From positions 1 through 64,000 of the forward strand of contig NIVC01000703.1 in assembly GCA_002269645.1 (NCBI GenBank): DNA of 64,000 nucleotides, in the 5' to 3' direction. Below the pieces are notes generated by a model that was given only the letters and a program-made list of their open reading frames with translations, had not been told where the DNA came from and did no database searches. This document shows positions 44,901 to 57,783 of the stretch, piece after piece. The position numbers were made by a program, and so were the translations under genes. How positions within the stretch are numbered: position 1 is the stretch's first letter; the number at the start of each line of letters is the position of its first letter. Source of the DNA: Macrostomum lignano (lineage: Eukaryota).

Positions 44901-47900
44901 GATCCTCAGGTGTGATCCGCCACCATCCCAGATCCTCAGGTGTGATCCGCCACCCTTGCAGATCCTTAAGTGTGATCCGCCACCCTCCCAGATCCTCAGG
45001 TGTGATCCGCCATCCTCCCGGATCCTCAGGTGTGATCCGCCACCCTCCCGGATCCTCAGGTGTGATCCGCCATCCTCCCGGATCCTCAGGTGTGATCCGC
45101 CACCATCCCAGATCCTCAGGTGTGATCCGCCACCCTCCCAGAACCTCAGGTATGATCAAAACCCTCCCAGATCCTCAGGTGTGATCGAAACCCTCCCAGA
45201 TCCTCGGGGATGATCCGTCACCAAGCTGGACCGCTATCTCGCATTCCTGGATTGGCCAACACCAGTTCCACCCCCTTCCCCATAAATTGATTCCATTTGG
45301 CAGGAGCGAAGAGGTCCGCAAATCCCTGGAAGAGTTGGACGCAGTTCTGCGCGAATACGACGAAGAAGAAGACGATTGCGAAGGCGATCGCCGGGCTGTT
45401 GATTTGAACGCCGATTCAGCGTGCTGCAACCGCGGCAGCAGCGCCATGCAGGTGGCTGCCTACTGCGCCGCCGGGCCCAGCCCCGATGCCCGACTGTCCG
45501 CGCCCGGCTGCGAGCTGATGGTGGATTGCGCAGATTTTGGTTAGTGGCTGAGCCTGAACAAAATAATAAGACTCGCTATATGCTACTAGCTGGTAACAGT
45601 AGGAATGCGAACAAAGTGTTTAACGGATCCCCTTATAGGAGCAAATTTGAAAGCCTGTGTTAAGCGCGTAGATTATTTTCTACAAAATTGTCATGTGGGT
45701 AAACAGCGGGAGTAACTATGCTCTTAATTATTTTTACTCTCCACTTGTATAGTTTCCAATTGTGCTGCAATTCCTTCTCAACTTGCAGGGCATTTTTTCG
45801 AATTTTACTACTTAAAGAAGTAGTGTTGCTTAAAAATTATAGATTTATATTTACTATATCCGAGTTAAGTATTTTCCTGAACCCTCCACTTCAAGACTAC
45901 CTGTCGCCACCACCCGAGTTTGACACTCCGGCGGTGCCCAACTCGGCGGAGGCCCCGGAGTCCGCGGCTCTCAGCACCACCCCCACCAATGCCAGCCTGC
46001 CGCCGATGCCGCAGCAGCCCGCCGTGCCTCCCTCCTGCAGCAGCTTCGGCCGGCGCTGCGACGCGGAGCCGCAGCGAAGCCAGCAGCAGCAGCAGCCGCC
46101 GCAGCAGCCAAACAAGCCGAGCGTGCCAAAGCGCAACCCCGGCACCTGCCTCAGCACCCGCACTGGTCAGCAGCTGTCTCCGTCATCGCCACCGCTGCCG
46201 CCGCCGTCCTCTGAGGATGTACAGCTTCCGTCTCCGCCAACGCCGCAGCCGCAGGCGGCGGCTGCCGCTGCCGAGGCTGAAATCGAGACTGACGTGCCGT
46301 CCGTGTCGGAGATTCTCAGCCGCTTCAATCGCGCCCCGTCTCAGGTGCCTCCACAGCCGCCGCCTGTATTTACTTCAAAGGCGCCGCCTCTAAGACAGAC
46401 TTCAAAAGCGCCGCCACCGCCGCAGCCGATTGCACAAACTTCAAAAGCGCCGCCGCAACCGGTCCCACAGACTTCAAAGACGCCGCAATCGCTCCAGCCG
46501 GTCCCACAAGCTGCAAAAGCACCGCCACCTCTGCAGCCGGTCCCACCGAATTCAAAGGCGCCGCCACCGTCTCAGCCGGTCCCACAGGCTTTAAAGGTGC
46601 CACCCCAGCCGGTCCCACAAACTTCAAAGGTACCACCCCAACCGGTCCCACAAACTTCAAAGGCGCCGGCGCAACCGGTGCCACCGACTTCAAAGGCGCC
46701 GCCACCGCCCCAGCCGGTCCCACAAACTTCAAAGGCGCCGCCACCAACAATGGATGCCGGCCATCTGCCAGGCTCTCCCGCTGCTGCTGCTGCTATATCG
46801 ACTTTTGGAACGCCATCGCGACTGCAAATGCAGCAGCAGCAGCACCCGCCCGGAGCTCCGCCACCGCCCCCAACGGTGCCACCAGCGCAAGCTCGGACTG
46901 TTCAGCCGTTGTCGCGGCCAGCTCACGCCTCCCCGGTTGCCTCGCCCAGCAAGCCGCTAGTGGCTGTAAAGAAAGGTGACTGACTATCTTCGCTGGCTCT
47001 GTTGGTTTTGTTGTTCTGTTCCATTCTGTTTGCAAATTGGCATTGCTTTGAAGTTTGTTAATACTCTTACCGAGTGGGCGCTCTTTACATAGAATTGACT
47101 CGACGCGTGATGCAACGGGGCGTGGCTGTCAATCAATTACTCGTGCAGTTCGGCAGCTCAAAGCCGATGCGCCATCCTTATTGTTAGCTGCCACTTTGAT
47201 GTGCTATTTCTTTCAGTGCATCTCTTAGCTTAGTGGGAAAATTTCAAAGTGAAAGTGAAAGTATAGAAGCATTACTTGTTATCTAGACGCGTCACGTTAG
47301 ATAGGAGCATCACCTGTTAGATAGACCTGTTAGATAGGAGCATTACCTGTTAGATAGGAGCATCACCTGTTAGATAGGAGCATCACCTGTTAGATAGGAG
47401 CATCACCTGTTAGATAGGAGCATCACCTGTTAGATAGACCTGTTAGATAGGAGCATTACCTGTTAGATAGGAGCATCACCTGTTAGATAGGAGCATCACC
47501 TGTTAGATAGGAGCATCACCTGTTAGATAGGAGCATCACCTGTTAGATAGACCTGTTAGATAGGAGCATCACCTGTTAGATAGGAGCATCACCTGTTAGA
47601 TAGGAGCATCACCTGTTAGATAGAAGCATTACCTGTTAGATAGACCTGTTAGATAGGAGCATTACCTGTTAGATAGGAGCATCACCTGTTAGATAGGAGC
47701 ATCACCTGTTAGATAGGAGCATCACCTGTTAGATAGACCTGTTAGATAGGAGCATCACCTGTTAGATAGGAGCATCACCTGTTAGATAGGAGCATCACCT
47801 GTTAGATAGGAGCATCACCTGTTAGGAGCATCACCTGTTAGATAGACCTGTTAGATAGGAGCATTACCTGTTAGATAGGAGCATCACCTGTTAGATAGGA

Positions 47901-48938
47901 GCATCACCTGTTAGGAGCATCACCTGTTAGATAGACCTGTTAGATAGGAGCATTACCTGTTAGATAGGAGCATCACCTGTTAGATAGGAGCATCGCCTGT
48001 TAGATAGGAGCATCACCTGTTAGATAGGAGCATCACCTGTTGTGTGTTTTAGGTCACCAGCAGGCTGCATCACCCAGTTGCTAAAATTAGCCACAAAGTG
48101 CAATTCCTTTAAACTATAATTCGAATTGCCTGCATCACCCAGGAAGCAGCGTTGAAACTCGATCGTTCAGTGTCGGTTGTCACTATAGAAATTCTTGTTT
48201 GCTCAGGTGGGTCTGTTGGCAACAGAATTCATGCTTTTGCTTAGTAGAATATCTGCACTGCGCTGAGGAAAACCAGTTAATGAGGATTAATCCCGCTGTT
48301 CTCCCCCCGTCCACACAGTTGCCCGCTCCAGCTCCAATTGCGAGTCCGGCCCAGCCTCCCAGCAGCAGCCAAAGCAGCAGTCCGCCGCCCTCATCGCCCA
48401 GCTGCAGCAGGGCGTCAGCCTGCGCAAGTCCTCACAAAAGCAACAGCAGCAGGAGTCGACGGCGGATGAGTTCGATGCCAGCCAGCTGCCGCCGCCTCCG
48501 CCTGCGCTGCTCCTACGGCCCGTGGCTGCCGACACCTCACCGCAGCCACCGCCGGCCCCTCCGTCGCCGCCACCGCCGAAGGAAGTCGTCGAACAGGCGG
48601 CGGCCTTGGACGATGTTGCCGACCCGTCCGCGGTGCCAGGCTACTCGGCCATCCCCGACAGCGCGCCGGACTGGCGCCGGGCGATGCTGGAGCGCCGGAA
48701 CCGGGAGGCGCTGGAGGCGCACGCGGCCGCAGAGGCTGCCCGACTTGCCGAGGCCACCAAGCTGTCCGGCGTGCCGGACTGGAAGCGCAGCCTGCTGGAG
48801 CAGCGGCAGGCCCGCCAGCGCGAGGAGCTGCAGCCGGAGGCCGAGCGGCTCCGACGGGAGGCGGAGGAGGCCGAGCGCCTGGCCGGCATGCCCGACTGGA
48901 AGCGCAGCATCCTGCTGAAGAAGAAGGGCCTGGCCTGA
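38943..48938 (+). CDS. Proline-rich actin-binding protein with a WH2 motif and an espin/forked-like C-terminal module, 5 predicted exons
   Basis: Exons are 38943-39013 (phase 2), 44131-44358 (phase 2), 45304-45539 (phase 1), 45896-46975 (phase 1) and 48319-48938 (stop). All are GT-AG and in frame. The last exon has AALIAQLQQGVSLRKS (WH2-like, 48384-48431) and three P-D-W-(K/R)-R repeats, e.g. EEAERLAGMPDWKRSILLKKK. The first exon and any extra exons in intron 1 are uncertain. Confidence 0.72.
39241..40463. repeat. 12 bp minisatellite ACTAAGACAGAY
   Basis: About 100 copies. It produces the artefactual TDTK/SVLV/ICLS ORFs. Confidence 0.97.
41745..42143. repeat. 36 bp minisatellite TGTGTCATAGCCTGTCATGACACATCAGCTCTAATT
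   Basis: About 11 copies, with an internal palindrome TGTCATGACA. Confidence 0.95.
42960..43948. repeat. 28 bp minisatellite CCAGATCCTCAGTAGCTAATCCAGCCTC ending in three 34 bp variant units
   Basis: About 32 copies. The terminal units (43853-43948) are CAGATCCTCAGTTGCTGGGCCACCGCCACCCTCT. Confidence 0.96.
44386..45210. repeat. 30 bp minisatellite CCCAGATCCTCAGGTGTGATCCGCCACCCT
   Basis: About 27 copies filling most of intron 44359-45303. Confidence 0.96.
47296..48041. repeat. 20 bp minisatellite ACCTGTTAGATAGGAGCATC with 13 bp short units
   Basis: Visible tandem copies with periodic truncated units. Confidence 0.96.
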
Positions 48939-49134
48939 CGCCGTTCATTCGGATTTGAGAGCAGTATTATCATGATCCCCAGCTTTCGAGTCTCACGTGT
49001 ATTCGAGTCCCAGATTCGCTATTCGAATTCTCATCTTGATCCCCAAATCTATTCTCAAGAAAACTCGCACGCCCTAATATGCTCCTAGATCCCCTAGAAC
49101 TCTAGTCATAAATCCTCTATGGAGGTACATACAT

Positions 49135-49735
49135 CTAAATCCTCTATTCTAATCCCAGATCCCCTATTCCAGCATCGAATCCCAAATCCCCTATTCCAGC
49201 ATGGAATCCCAGATCCCCTCCCTATTCCAGCATCGAATCCCGAATCCCCTATTCCAGCATCGAATCCCAAATCCCCTATTCTAGCTTCGAATCCCGAATC
49301 CCCTATTCCAGCATCGAATCCCGAATCCCCTATTCCAGCATCGAATCCCGAATCCCCTATTCCAGCATCGAATCCCGAATCCCCTATTCCAGCATCGAAT
49401 CCCGAATCCCCTATTCCAGCATCGAATCCCGAATCCCCTATTCCAGCATCGAATCCCAAATCCCCTATTCTAGCTTCGAATCCCGAATCCCCTATTCCAG
49501 CATCGAATCCCGAATCCCCTATTCCAGCATCGAATCCCGAATCCCCTATTCCAGCATCGAATCCCGAATCCCCTATTCCAGCATCGAATCCCGAATCCCC
49601 TATTCCAGCATCGAATCACAAATCCCCTATTCTAGCTTCGAATCCCGAATCCCCTATTCCAGCATCGAATCACAAATCCCCTATTCTAGCTTCGAATCCC
49701 GAATCCCCTATTCCAGCATCGAATCCCAAATCCCA
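49135..49735. repeat. 27 bp minisatellite GAATCCCCTATTCCAGCATCGAATCCC
   Basis: About 21 copies just downstream of the espin-like stop codon. Confidence 0.95.
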
Positions 49736-50174
49736 GGCTCATTCTTGATTCGCACTGTCAGGGTTTTCCTGTTTGTCCTGGACCTTCGGTTTATGTTTTA
49801 AATCTGTATATAAGCTTTTACATCGGGGAATGCCCCGAAATGGATGACAATACTCGGGCCGGCAGCAGCTCACTGACCCAATCTGCACAACTACGCAATT
49901 CTGTCTCTTCCACGCTTTCAAGTTTTAGACAATTCTTTGCAAAGAAGTTTCCTGAACCGATGGTCATTATAAAGAAAAGTAGTTCACCTTTTATGATCAT
50001 ATTTTTACTCATTTTTTCGACGTCTTTGTAGTAACTGCCAGCTTGTACAATAAATTGTGTGCAGTTGTTGCTTTTCTGCTTTTTTAGTTATTGTATTCAG
50101 TATTTTGTTCAGTCCCTAAGTGTTGAGCAGCTAGTCCGCTTAACTTCAGTCCATTTTTATCCGTCTGTTATGGA

Positions 50175-50972
50175 GTGCCATCTGTTAGACAGGAGTGCCG
50201 TGTGTTAGACAGGAGTGCCGTCTGTTAGACAGGAGTGCCGTCTGTTAGACAGGAGTGCCGTCTGTTAGACAGGAGTGCCGTGTGTTAGACAGGAGTGCCG
50301 TGTGTTAGACAGCAGTGCCACCTGTTAGACAGCAGTTCCACCTGTTAGACAGGAGTGCCGCCTGTTAGACAGGAGTGCCGCCTGTTAGACAGGAGTGCCG
50401 TGTGTTAGACAGCAGTGCCGCCTGTTAGACAGGAGTGCCGTGTGTTAGACAGGAGTGCCGCCTGTTAGACAGGAGTGCCGTGTGTTAGATATGAGTGCCA
50501 CCTGTTAGACAGGAGTGCCGCCTGTTAGACAGGAGTGCCGTGTGTTAGATATGAGTGCCACCTGTTAGACAGGAGTGCCGCCTGTTAGACAGGAGTGCCG
50601 TGTGTTAGATATGAGTGCCACCTGTTAGACAGGAGTGCCGCCTGTTAGACAGGAGTGCCGTGTGTTAGATATGAGTGCCACCTGTTAGACAGGAGTGCCG
50701 CCTGTTAGACAGGAGTGCCGTGTGTTAGATATGAGTGCCACCTGTTAGACAGGAGTGCCGCCTGTTAGACAGGAGTGCCGTGTGTTAGATATGAGTGCCA
50801 CCTGTTAGACAGGAGTGCCACCTGTTAGACAGGAGTGCCGCCTGTTAGACAGGAGTGCCGCCTGTTAGACAGGAGTGCCGCCTGTTAGACAGGAGTGCCG
50901 CCTGTTAGACAGCAGTGCCACCTGTTAGACAGCAGTGCCACCTGTTAGACAGCAGTGCCACCTGTTAGACAG
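50175..50972. repeat. 20 bp minisatellite CCTGTTAGACAGGAGTGCCG with a 60 bp (trimer) higher-order block
   Basis: About 40 copies. Lines 50461-50820 repeat with an exact 60-bp period. Confidence 0.96.
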
Positions 50973-51554
50973 GAGGCACCTGGCACAATACTAAAAACGC
51001 AGCCTTGCCGCTCTCTTATCCGCAATACTTTTTACTTGAATCCAGCAGCCACTTTTATCCAAATTGGTTTTATTGAGTCAATGCGATATTCGGTTCGAAC
51101 TGGCGGATGGTCATTCGCTGTCCAACTCGCTTTTTCTGTTGCCGCTATGCGTTTCTTACTTTTGCATTATTGGTATAGTAAAATTTCTTTCAATTGTTAC
51201 TTATTTGCAACCAGTTTTTTTCTGCAACAAGTCAACTGCATTCGCCGCTTATTTTTGTTTTGCTGCTTCTATTATAATAAAACCTTGAAATGCTCTGCCC
51301 TCTGCTCCTGCAGTGCTCCTTCCATGCATGGAGCGGACCAAATTCTGCGCTTATTTTTGCTTTGTTTTCATTAGTAAGGGAGATTGTCCTTTTCCGAAAG
51401 CTTCAGCGCGCAGCATAATTAGCCGTTAATTGTTATTAATAAAACATTTTAATTACTCTATTAAACCGCTGTTGAAGTTTCTTTTGCGAATACTTGCTGA
51501 CATTTTAAAAGAAACTTAGCTTTTTTCTTTGGTTTTATTTTTTTCTACGACTTA

Positions 51555-51901
51555 GCATCGGGAATGGCACAGTTGTCCTGAGCGATGCTGAGTGGCATCG
51601 GGAATGGCACAGTTGTCCTGAGCGATGCTGAGTGGCATCGGGAATGGCACAGTTGTCCTGAGCGATGCTGAGTGGCATCGGGAATGGCACAGTTGTCCTG
51701 AGCGATGCTGGGTGGCATCGGGAATGGCACAGTTGTCCTGAGCGATGCTGACGCTGAGTGGCATCGGGAATGGCACAGTTGTCCTGAGCGATGCTGAGTG
51801 GCATCGGGAATGGCACAGTTGTCCTGAGCGATGCTGAGTGGCATCGGGAATGGCGCAGTTGTCCTGAGCGATGCTGAGTGGCATCGGGAATGGCACAGTT
51901 C
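51555..51901. repeat. 40 bp minisatellite GGCATCGGGAATGGCACAGTTGTCCTGAGCGATGCTGAGT
   Basis: About 8 copies. Confidence 0.95.
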
Positions 51902-52280
51902 TACCGCTGTAATGACACAGAATGGCACAGTTCTACCGCTGTAATAACACAGAATGGCACAGTTCTACCGCTGTAATAACATAGAGTGGCACAGTTCTAC
52001 CGCTGTAATAACACAGAATGGCACAGTTCTACCGCTGTAATGACACAGAATGGCACAGTTCTACCGCTGTAATGACACAGAATGGCACAGTTCTACCGCT
52101 GTAATGACACGGAATGGCACAGTTCTACCGCTGTAATAACAGAATGGCACAGTTCTACCGCTGTAATAACACAGAATGGCACAGTTCTACCGCTGTAATA
52201 ACACAGAATGGCACAGTTCTACCGCTGTAATGACACAGAATGGCACAGTTCTACCGCTGTAATGACACAGAATAGCACAA
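51890..52280. repeat. 32 bp minisatellite GAATGGCACAGTTCTACCGCTGTAATGACACA
   Basis: About 12 copies, fused to the 40-bp array through the shared GAATGGCACAGTT core. Confidence 0.95.
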
Positions 52281-53404
52281 TGGGGGGTTGTCTGGAAGTG
52301 AGAATTCTATCGCCGCTCGTGTCTATGGCCATTTATCATGTTTTCTCACTTCCAGCTAACTTTATTGGTCAATCAGGAAGGGGGAATGGGGGTGTGGGGA
52401 AGCCCCCACTTACAACCATAGACTATTTCATTTTACACTCATAGACTCGTTCGTTTTCTAAAATGATACGGTAAATTGCTTTATTGTCAATTTCAAACAA
52501 TGACCGGTCATTGCTTGGATGTCATTGCCTTAACGTAAATCACCATAGACATTTTGAACAACGGTCCCGAGGCAGAGAAAAGAGCCACGGTTTTATTGCT
52601 TGAAATGCGTCCAAAAAGAAGTTGAAAATGCCTTCGATCCTCGATCCTTCTTATTGTTAAGTCGTGGGATTTTTGGACTAAAACCAGAGACAGCCGATCG
52701 GAAATCCCCTGTAGTTTATTCGTCTCCCGTCCTGTCTGGATCGGGTTTCCTCATGGGCTCGGCCCGTGCTATCCCTCCCAGCCTCATTCTGCATCTCCCC
52801 CGCTGATGCACTTTCAGCTACCGCCTTGTTGCCGAAGTCCCTCATTAGACAGAGATCCGAATTTATGCCCCGGTGTCTCCCAGCCGGGCCAGCTTCCGCG
52901 TTTCTCGCCATCATCTCGCAGTCTGCGCGCAGTCCTCAAATCTCTGCTTGCCTGCGCTACTCCAATTGGAATATCTGAGAGTTCTGCTTGTGCAAGTGCA
53001 ACCTGTTTGAAGTACCAAGATAGCGGTCTGGTCCACCTGAGGTCAGTGTATCCTGAAGTACATTACTGAGAATAAAGGTCAGTAGCCCTCACCTGAAGCG
53101 CCCTTCTATTTGGCCTTGCAGCGATCGCACTTTGAGCGCAATTTTTTTCAATTTCATTCTCAAAAATTGTTTTGCTTTGGCTGAGGCTTTCCTGTCTGCT
53201 TTTGCTTTGTAGATTTTCTGGCGAAAAAAAGTTAAGCATTGAATAACCTGCCGCTTTTTATGCTTTTGTTGCGGAGCTCCAACTGAATTTTCACCTGCCG
53301 CAGGCTGCAGGCTTGCGGCAGGTTTGCTTTTTCTGGGCCCTTGAATCCGAGTTATTCATTCTTGCTTGCTGAGAGCAGAGGCTATGGGAGATCTGGGTGA
53401 TAAG

Positions 53405-54690
53405 CGTCAAGTGGGAGAGAAGGAGATCGGAGCATGAGATGAAGACAGTCAAGCGGGAGAGTAGGAGATCGGAGCATGAGATGAAGAGAGTCAAGCGGGA
53501 GAGTAGGAGATCGGAGCATGAGATGAAGACAGTCAAGCGGGAGAGTAGGAGATCGGAGCATGAGATGAAGAGAATCAAGCGGGAGAGTAGGAGATCGGAG
53601 CATGAGATGAAGACAGTCAAGCGGGAGAGTAGGAGATCGGAGCATGAGATGGAGAGAGTCAAGCGGGAGAGTAGGAGATCGGAGCACGAGATGTAGAGAG
53701 TCAAGCGGGAGAGTAGGAGATCGGAGCATGAGATGAAGACAGTCAAGCGGGAGAGTAGGAGATCGGAGCATGAGATGGAGAGAGTCAAGCGGGAGAGTAG
53801 GAGATCGGAGCACGAGATGTAGAGAGTCAAGCGGGAGAGTAGGAGATCGGAGCATGAGATGAAGAGAATCAAGCGGGAGAGTAGGAGATCGGAGCATGAG
53901 ATGAAGACAGTCAAGCGGGAGAGTAGGAGATCGGAGCATGAGATGAAGAGAATCAAGCGGGAGAGTAGGAGATCGGAGCATGAGATGAAGACAGTCAAGC
54001 GGGAGAGTAGGAGATCGGAGCATGAGATGGAGAGAGTCAAGCGGGAGAGTAGGAGATCGGAGCACGAGATGTAGAGAGTCAAGCGGGAGAGTAGGAGATC
54101 GGAGCACGAGATGTAGAGAGCCAAGCGGGAGAGTAGGAGATCAGATCATGAGATGAAGACAGTCAAGCGGGAGAGTAGGAGATCGGAGCACGAGATGGAG
54201 AGAGTCAAGCGGGAGAGTAGGAGATCGGAGCATGAGATGAAGAGAATCAAGCGGGAGAGTAGGAGATCGGAGCACGATATGGAGAGAGTCAAGCGGGAGA
54301 GTAGGAGATCGGAGCACGAGATGTAGAGAGCCAAGCGGGAGAGTAGGAGATCGGAGCACGAGATGGAGAGAGTCAAGCGGGAGAGTAGGAGATCGGAGCA
54401 TGAGATGAAGAGAATCAAGCGGGAGAGTAGGAGATCGGAGCACGAGATGGAGAGAGTCAAGCGGGAGAGTAGGAGATCGGAGCACGAGATGGAGAGAGTC
54501 AAGCGGGAGAGTAGGAGATCGGAGCATGAGATGAAGAGAATCAAGCGGGAGAGTAGGAGATCGGAGCACGAGATGGAGAGAGTCAAGCGGGAGAGTAGGA
54601 GATCGGAGCACGAGATGGAGACAGTCAAGCGGGAGAGTAGGAGATCGGAGCACGAGATGAAGAGAGTCAAGCGAGAGAGTAGGAGACGAA
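53405..54690. repeat. 42 bp purine-rich minisatellite GAGATGAAGAGAGTCAAGCGGGAGAGTAGGAGATCGGAGCAT
   Basis: About 30 copies. Confidence 0.96.
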
Positions 54691-55282
54691 GCAGAGTACG
54701 TCTGCTTCTTTCTAATTAGCATTACCAGCTGCTCACTTGAGCTGCTCGGTGGATCGCATGCAATCGATAGTGATTACCAGCTGCCGGCAGCGGCGTGTGC
54801 GGCATTAATCAGCAGCTATTGGGTGCAGGATGTCTTCCCTGTCTGGGATTTTTCCATTTTCCATTTTTCAACAGTGTCTGTCAATAGCGGCTGCGACTTA
54901 AAAGAAGTTGCTAAATTATTCAAATTATCAGTTCCCCCAAGAAAGCTGTCTCAAGAGTCTCTGCCTCATCTTTTCGGCCGTGGAAGAAGGAGGAACAGCG
55001 GTGGGAGATGGCGCACATAGAGATCCAGCATCGGCGAAAGGAATTAATGATCCTAGTGACTCATTGCTGGTTAATAGTGCGCGCCTCAAATAGGGCTGCC
55101 TTAGCCCTCACGATATGCGAGAGAATATGAGAGAGGAGAGGGTAGATGAGGGAGAGTAGCTGAGGTAGAGTAGATCAGAGAGGAGAGAGTAGATGAGAGA
55201 AATGAGGTGGATGTGAGAGAGCTGAAATCAGAAAATACGTAAACATTGGATCGAATGCCTGAAACTGTGCAACAAAAACTGC

Positions 55283-55321
55283 TGTGAGTGTGTGTGTGTG
55301 TGTGTGAGTGTGTGTGAGTGT

Positions 55322-55376
<55 letters not shown>

Positions 55377-55437
55377 TGTGTGTGTGTGAGTGTGTGTGAG
55401 TGTGTGTGAGTGTGTGTGTGTGAGTGTGTGTGAGTGT

Positions 55438-55498
<61 letters not shown>

Positions 55499-55502
55499 TG
55501 TG
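55283..55502. repeat. (TG)n microsatellite with TGAG interruptions
   Basis: Directly visible. Confidence 0.97.
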
Positions 55503-55820
55503 CTCCAGATTGACTGACAGGTGTGCCTGGGCCTGACAGCAGGCGCTCGCAACTCATTAACTGAGGCACTCGGCGTGCGTCACGCTCGGCCCAGTGAGGC
55601 ATTCGCAGTCGGAGCTCAAAATCGACAATATCGGCAAAGAAAGTTTGCAGAACTTGTAAACAAATCTTTGTAGTCTAAATATCCCATGTGACTCCTGTGC
55701 GCACAGAGCTCGCAGATTTTATCAGCTCGTAACGTGTTGAAAAAGCAGAATTTTCCTTTTGAAACGTTGCTTGGTTTGAGGCGCGATTGCCCGGAAATCT
55801 TTTTGACAAGCTCAGCTCTC

Positions 55821-55834
55821 GTTGCCATGGCAAC
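55821..55834. promoter_or_regulatory. Perfect palindromic RFX X-box GTTGCCATGGCAAC
   Basis: An exact 14-bp palindrome matching the X-box consensus GTYNCYATRGNAAC. Function is not demonstrated. Confidence 0.6.
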
Positions 55835-56104
55835 AGGAGGAAGCCTATCGATCCCGGGCTTTGTTAAGCAAAGGGACAAAAAACACACAGAAGTGTTTCT
55901 CCAATTCCCGCTCACCCACAGCCACAAGGTGAGCAGCGGCAGCTCCCCGGAGAGCCCTCGACCTGCTCAAAACCTGTTTGCCTTTCACAGCCTCCCCCCG
56001 CTCTCTCAGCCCACGGGAAGCGTCTGTCATCGTTGATTACCTCATTCTTCCTGCACAGCCAGCCGCGAAATTCCCTATGAATGTGCTATCCCAGGGCGCC
56101 AAGT

Positions 56105-56921
<817 letters not shown>

Positions 56922-57783
56922 GAAATCTCAGCTGTTTGAGCTGCTGCCAGTTCGGCCCCAGAGCGGTAGCTGCCAGCCGAGGGAGCGGCATTGATTTCAG
57001 AGGTACAAAGCGGGGCCACCGGCGCAGTACGCGCGCGCTCTGACATGAGGAGCGGAGGAAAGACGAGAGAGAGGGCAGAACAATGGCCGGGCTTTGTTTA
57101 GCCAAAGGAAGTTGCTGAGGCGGGCGGCCGCGGCCCGCGTTTTTGCTTTGAATCCGGCCGGGGTTGGGAAGGAAAAATCTGAAAGCTGCCAAGAGAATGG
57201 GAGAGGCTCCCGCTGGGGAAATGGGGATGGTTTTCCCATTCTCTTCCTCCTCCCAGATTCTTCTCTGTTTCCCTGCTCCCCTCCCAATATCCTCTCCCCC
57301 CCCCCGAGCGCCTCATCCCCAGGGCCACGGCTGCTCACCTGTGGCTGGAGCGGCCAGGCAGAGCCAATTGGCGACGGCTCGCCCCGGGAGCAGCCCTATT
57401 TCAAGGCCAGAATGGAGACCGCGCCCCCTGCCCCTGCCTGCGGCCGCCGGACCCGCTGGACACGGCTCTCCATCCCCTGGCTGGCCTCAGCATTAGCGTA
57501 CTCTTCGGTAGCAGCAGCAGCGGAGCTTCGGCAGTTTTAACCCAGCACCTCTCCTTCCTCATCTGTCCCTCTCTTCCCCTGGCCTCGCTACCCTCCCCTA
57601 TCAAAACTGCTCATCTCGTTCCCCATCCATTGTTCCATTGAGCTATTATCCCTCGGCCAGCTCAGGCCGGCATCCCCCACTGCCGAAATCCCCTTGACTG
57701 CCCGCCCCACGGCCCGGTCTGAGCGGAGCAGCCCTTCAGCTCGGTTCACATCGAGCTTTCGATTGTCCCTTTCTCAGCTGAAA

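Noticed and set aside
55616-55927. 103-aa minus ORF with Cys pairs (KICELCAH...LCRYC)
   Set aside because: Its internal ATG is simply the centre of the X-box palindrome, and it has no recognisable zinc-finger spacing or splice support.
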